The notes below the pieces were generated by a model that made no database searches, was not told the origin of the DNA, and was given only the letters and a program-made list of their open reading frames with translations. A stretch of DNA of 64,000 nucleotides from a virus (taxonomy: Duplodnaviria; Caudoviricetes): IMG/VR virus record IMGVR_UViG_3300042282_000085; one strand, given 5' to 3'. Positions 60,464-64,000 of this stretch are shown piece after piece. Positions within the stretch are counted from its first letter, which is position 1; each line of letters begins with the position of its first letter. A program made the position numbers and the translations under genes.

Positions 60464-61147
60464 TTAAAAGCTAAAGGGGTCTTTTGCAGACGCTTTATGT
60501 TGTTTATAGTTGGTATTGGAAATCGCCGGTACTTTGCCGGTGCTAACCTTAACTGGCTCAGGGGGCGTTTGACGTGAAAGGCGACCTTCTACTTTACCCA
60601 CCGTAAAGAGGCGTTCAATTTCATCCCAGGCCCCTGTACCCATACCGTGGTTACGAATAACGGTGACCATCGGCTGCAGTACGGTATCTAAGCGACTGAG
60701 TTTTTCGAGGTCCTCTTTCGGCGGCATGGGGTAATGTACCTCATACCGCTGCGCCTGTTGTAATCCCACCATATACTCATTGATTAGATCACTGATTTCG
60801 GTACAGTCCGGTGGATTTAGAAACGTAAAACTACCATCAACCGCTAAAACCTCAGCCATCTGATTGACTGTTAGACCCATCTCGACCGGCGTCTGGGCCA
60901 GACGATCGTCATCTTCCTGATTACCACTATACCGCGTGTGTGCAAACATAGCGTCTAAGACGTGACGTTCGTTCGAGTAGTCTACCGTCATGACGCAGCC
61001 GGATGCCCCGTAACGGCCATCGAAAACCTCACGGTCCCGAGGCTTAGGGGGCGGGAAGGCCACGTCTAGATATACAGGGGCACATTGGCACATAAAGTTT
61101 TTATCAAACAACATGTTTACCAGATATGCGCGGCGTGCACTATCCAT
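60464..61147 (-). CDS. Conserved phiKZ-like hypothetical protein
   Basis: PP.EDL.KL motif; synteny. Confidence 0.55.
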   Translation of the reverse strand: MDSARRAYLVNMLFDKNFMCQCAPVYLDVAFPPPKPRDREVFDGRYGASGCVMTVDYSNERHVLDAMFAHTRYSGNQEDDDRLAQTPVEMGLTVNQMAEVLAVDGSFTFLNPPDCTEISDLINEYMVGLQQAQRYEVHYPMPPKEDLEKLSRLDTVLQPMVTVIRNHGMGTGAWDEIERLFTVGKVEGRLSRQTPPEPVKVSTGKVPAISNTNYKQHKASAKDPFSF

Positions 61148-61148
61148 A

Positions 61149-62360
61149 TTAGACTCCTACAATTTTAAAGCGCAGTAACGCTAATGCCAATACAGCTTCA
61201 CGTAGCCCCGACATACCTTCGGATGACAGGGCGGTCTCTACAAGCATAGCCAGGCGCTGATTTGAAATCGTACCGGTCTCTACGTACTCCGCAACACCCA
61301 TCTCAATCTCAGACCTATCCCCATCCACATCATAGAGGGCGTGGGTGAAAAGATAGGGTTCCGTATCAGGATGTACGGTAGAGTCTGTCCAGTCATTCGG
61401 CATAGTAACGTAATCGATACCGACGTTCAATATCGAATGGTACATGCTATATCCTGAGAAGGTTCCTGCCCCCCGATTGACGTAGGTTCTCGGCATCTGC
61501 TCTAGGATATAGGTGTCTCGCTTGAGGATCGCCGTCCACAGGGTGGGACGATCCATGAACTCCATGGTTTCACCGATGCTGTACTCCTCTGCGATAGGGT
61601 AGTGACCTCTAAGGGTATGGGGAATCACCGCATTAAAGAAGTTTACTAACCAAGGGTCATAATACGTTTCGCCCAGGTGCTCAACCACAAAGGTTTTCAA
61701 TCGAGGACTAAAATAGTGATTATAGAGTCGATCCATGATCCGGCGGGCATCCTTCAAGAAGTTCCGTTCGGAGTTCGCGACACTGTATTCAATCAGCGGA
61801 CTGTAACCGGCCTTCAGACGACGGGCATCGAAATACCGATACTGTACAACCTTAGACTCTAGGTTCGCTAGCAGTGGCCCAGAGTCTTCCGCATACAGTC
61901 GGTACTCAACCTGATACACGGTACGTTTATAGTACCCTAAGGCCTGTACACTGGTAAGGGTAAAAAGACCCCGTCGACCGGCTTCGATAAAGCCCACAAA
62001 CATGTCGCCGATATGCGGGGCAACGGTATCCGGATAGATCAAACCGCTACCGGTTAACTCCGATAACTGAGTAGCGGTGTCTTGACTGTACGAAAGCTCA
62101 TCCGTGACACTGAGTCTGAAATCGGTTACACGCAAATACTGCTGTAAGGTTGCAGACAGGTTCGCATCCAGTGGCTGGGGACTCTCCCCCGACACCAGCA
62201 TCTGGTGGTAGTATTGTACCACCCAAGGCTCGCCCTCGATTTCAGTAATCAGTGGGGTCTTGTATTCACGCGTCTCATAGACCTGACTGACGCTGATTTC
62301 CGGCTCTATCTTAGTCGTCGGTGGCGGTGTGGTCGGCCGAGCGGGATTAAAAATAGGCAT
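61149..62360 (-). CDS. Virion structural protein
   Basis: IEGEPW.V.YY.Q, P.IGDMF, YDPWL; structural operon. Confidence 0.65.
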   Translation of the reverse strand: MPIFNPARPTTPPPTTKIEPEISVSQVYETREYKTPLITEIEGEPWVVQYYHQMLVSGESPQPLDANLSATLQQYLRVTDFRLSVTDELSYSQDTATQLSELTGSGLIYPDTVAPHIGDMFVGFIEAGRRGLFTLTSVQALGYYKRTVYQVEYRLYAEDSGPLLANLESKVVQYRYFDARRLKAGYSPLIEYSVANSERNFLKDARRIMDRLYNHYFSPRLKTFVVEHLGETYYDPWLVNFFNAVIPHTLRGHYPIAEEYSIGETMEFMDRPTLWTAILKRDTYILEQMPRTYVNRGAGTFSGYSMYHSILNVGIDYVTMPNDWTDSTVHPDTEPYLFTHALYDVDGDRSEIEMGVAEYVETGTISNQRLAMLVETALSSEGMSGLREAVLALALLRFKIVGV

Positions 62361-63895
62361 TAGCTCTTACCTCGATGTGTGCTAGTAACCCCATGCTGGA
62401 TATAACGCGGGCCAGTTTCAACTAGACGGGCATACGGTCGGTTAGTGGAGGCGATTTTCTTAACGCTTCGTCTAAACGTATAGTCCAGGATATATTTACC
62501 CGCAACTGTTTGGAGCCACTCTTTGTCCTCATCCAGTGTCACTCTGGAGTCCAGCAATTTAAATACACAGAGCGTGCGCTCAGGATTATTGAGCATTTCA
62601 AGTACATGGTTCGTTGCGATGCGTGCCAAGTCTACCATTTTAGCGACACGTAAGTAATGGCGATGGCGTGGATTCATTGGTAGCTTCGAACGGATGGTGC
62701 CATCGGGCTCAATATAGATCGTGAGTTGCTCTTCGCTACGGTAAACCCGATAGACTTGGATCAGGTAAGGGGTCTCATAGGGCTCAGTAACTAGCTCAGG
62801 ATAGGCGAGGAGGTACTCCTTTATACAGGGATGTACCATGTCGTCGGTAAAGTCGTTCAATGAAGCGATTAGCGTAGGATCGTTCTCATCCACTAAGATA
62901 GGCGTCAATACCTCGGTAACGGTTGCCTGTTGTGGGTTGCGAGGGAACCAATCGTCAATCGGGTCTAGCCGGTTACCCCCATCTGCACGGTAATACCGGC
63001 TGATTACACCGCTGTCTGGTCCACGCATGTAACTGCGGGTGGCCTCTCCGTCTGCATCCACGCGTACGATGGGCTGCCAGGCATCAATGTACGATTGCGG
63101 AATGCGCTGATTGTGGATAAAGAGTGGATACGTTAAAACCACGGCTAAGGGTTGCTGGTACTCGAAGTTGTATTCCAAAGAGAGACGATGTCGACCGCCG
63201 TCTTGCTCGATCTCGTTATAAAAGACCTCTTCGTTGAAGCGCCCTATGATGTTATCCTGAGATTCATTGATGGCCAGTGTACTGGCAGTGCCTGATAGGT
63301 TAGAGCGCTTAACCAGGCCACCGTGGATAAAGGCCCGTGCAAAATAGTCGGCCAAATTTTCCCCGTATCCTTGATAGGCTTCTCGAAGTGACCAGGCGTC
63401 ATATAGGAATGCCAAAAAGGGATCTGGAATTTCGTACTGGTACTTTAAGTCATGTACCTGCACATGGTGCATAAGGCCGCCCCGTATGCGTAGTTTACGC
63501 TGAAGAGCCTGTATAACGGACTTATCTCTGAAGTTAACCTCCACCGCCAGTTCCATCCTAACCCACCCATAGGTCGGATGCATCTCAATCCCTATATCCG
63601 GATCGAAAAATAAGGATGGAAATTCGGGACGATAGACGGCGGATTGAAGGATACCGTTTTCGGTAAAGGTTTCGCTGTACCGCAATAATAGATAGTTATC
63701 CGTCGAGAGGGGCTTGGTGTCACGGTCGTCTAGTACCCCCTCAGGATTGGCAACCTGTCCAATGCGCTCCTCAACCAATACCTGTGTATCGGCAGGTAGG
63801 CCAAAACGCTGTATAAAGTCAGCACCCATCTGACGGACAATGGTACGGGTAACCGTCGCATCGTGCTGTGGAATTGAGAGGGCAATCGTAGGCAT
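62360..63895 (-). CDS. Virion structural protein
   Basis: HDLKYQY.IP, YPLFIHNQ; coupled to 61149. Confidence 0.65.
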   Translation of the reverse strand: MPTIALSIPQHDATVTRTIVRQMGADFIQRFGLPADTQVLVEERIGQVANPEGVLDDRDTKPLSTDNYLLLRYSETFTENGILQSAVYRPEFPSLFFDPDIGIEMHPTYGWVRMELAVEVNFRDKSVIQALQRKLRIRGGLMHHVQVHDLKYQYEIPDPFLAFLYDAWSLREAYQGYGENLADYFARAFIHGGLVKRSNLSGTASTLAINESQDNIIGRFNEEVFYNEIEQDGGRHRLSLEYNFEYQQPLAVVLTYPLFIHNQRIPQSYIDAWQPIVRVDADGEATRSYMRGPDSGVISRYYRADGGNRLDPIDDWFPRNPQQATVTEVLTPILVDENDPTLIASLNDFTDDMVHPCIKEYLLAYPELVTEPYETPYLIQVYRVYRSEEQLTIYIEPDGTIRSKLPMNPRHRHYLRVAKMVDLARIATNHVLEMLNNPERTLCVFKLLDSRVTLDEDKEWLQTVAGKYILDYTFRRSVKKIASTNRPYARLVETGPRYIQHGVTSTHRGKS

Positions 63896-63904
63896 AACGG
63901 TGTC

Positions 63905-64000
63905 CTATTTTAAGTTTTCACGCAGGGCCTTTACAATGTTAACCCCTTCATTAATCTCACGTAACTGGGCTTCGGTTAATACACGAGAGGGGCCACCGAG
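63905..64000 (-). CDS. C-terminal end of a gene starting beyond the window
   Basis: Open frame ...LREINEGVNIVKALRENLK*. Confidence 0.6.
   Translation of the reverse strand, partial: LGGPSRVLTEAQLREINEGVNIVKALRENLK

Overview
This window is part of a phiKZ-like jumbo phage genome (Chimalliviridae-like). The call rests on the conserved block of portal, RuvC-like resolvase, non-virion RNAP subunit, major capsid protein and DnaB-like helicase, and on repeated phiKZ-type early promoters (TATATTAC). phiKZ gene numbers below come from recalled synteny and motifs, not from a database search. From left to right: RNase H, a possible spanin pair, DHFR and thyA plus a relic second thyA, an early accessory operon, NAD-dependent ligase, head/inner-body proteins carrying S/A-x-E protease motifs, a large tail-fibre/receptor-binding cluster, GH108 endolysin, HU-like proteins, the core morphogenesis/transcription block and baseplate genes. 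The main finding is three dispersed 117-nt repeats (6824-6940 minus, 31247-31363, 33167-33283). They differ only at positions 1-2 of NNC/NNT codons, the signature of adenine-specific mutagenic retrohoming by a diversity-generating retroelement (DGR). Two sit at the C-termini of Mtd-like C-type-lectin-fold receptor-binding proteins. The third lies inside an apparently early, non-structural chimeric protein. I found no reverse transcriptase, Avd or template repeat in the window, so the system would have to act in trans.
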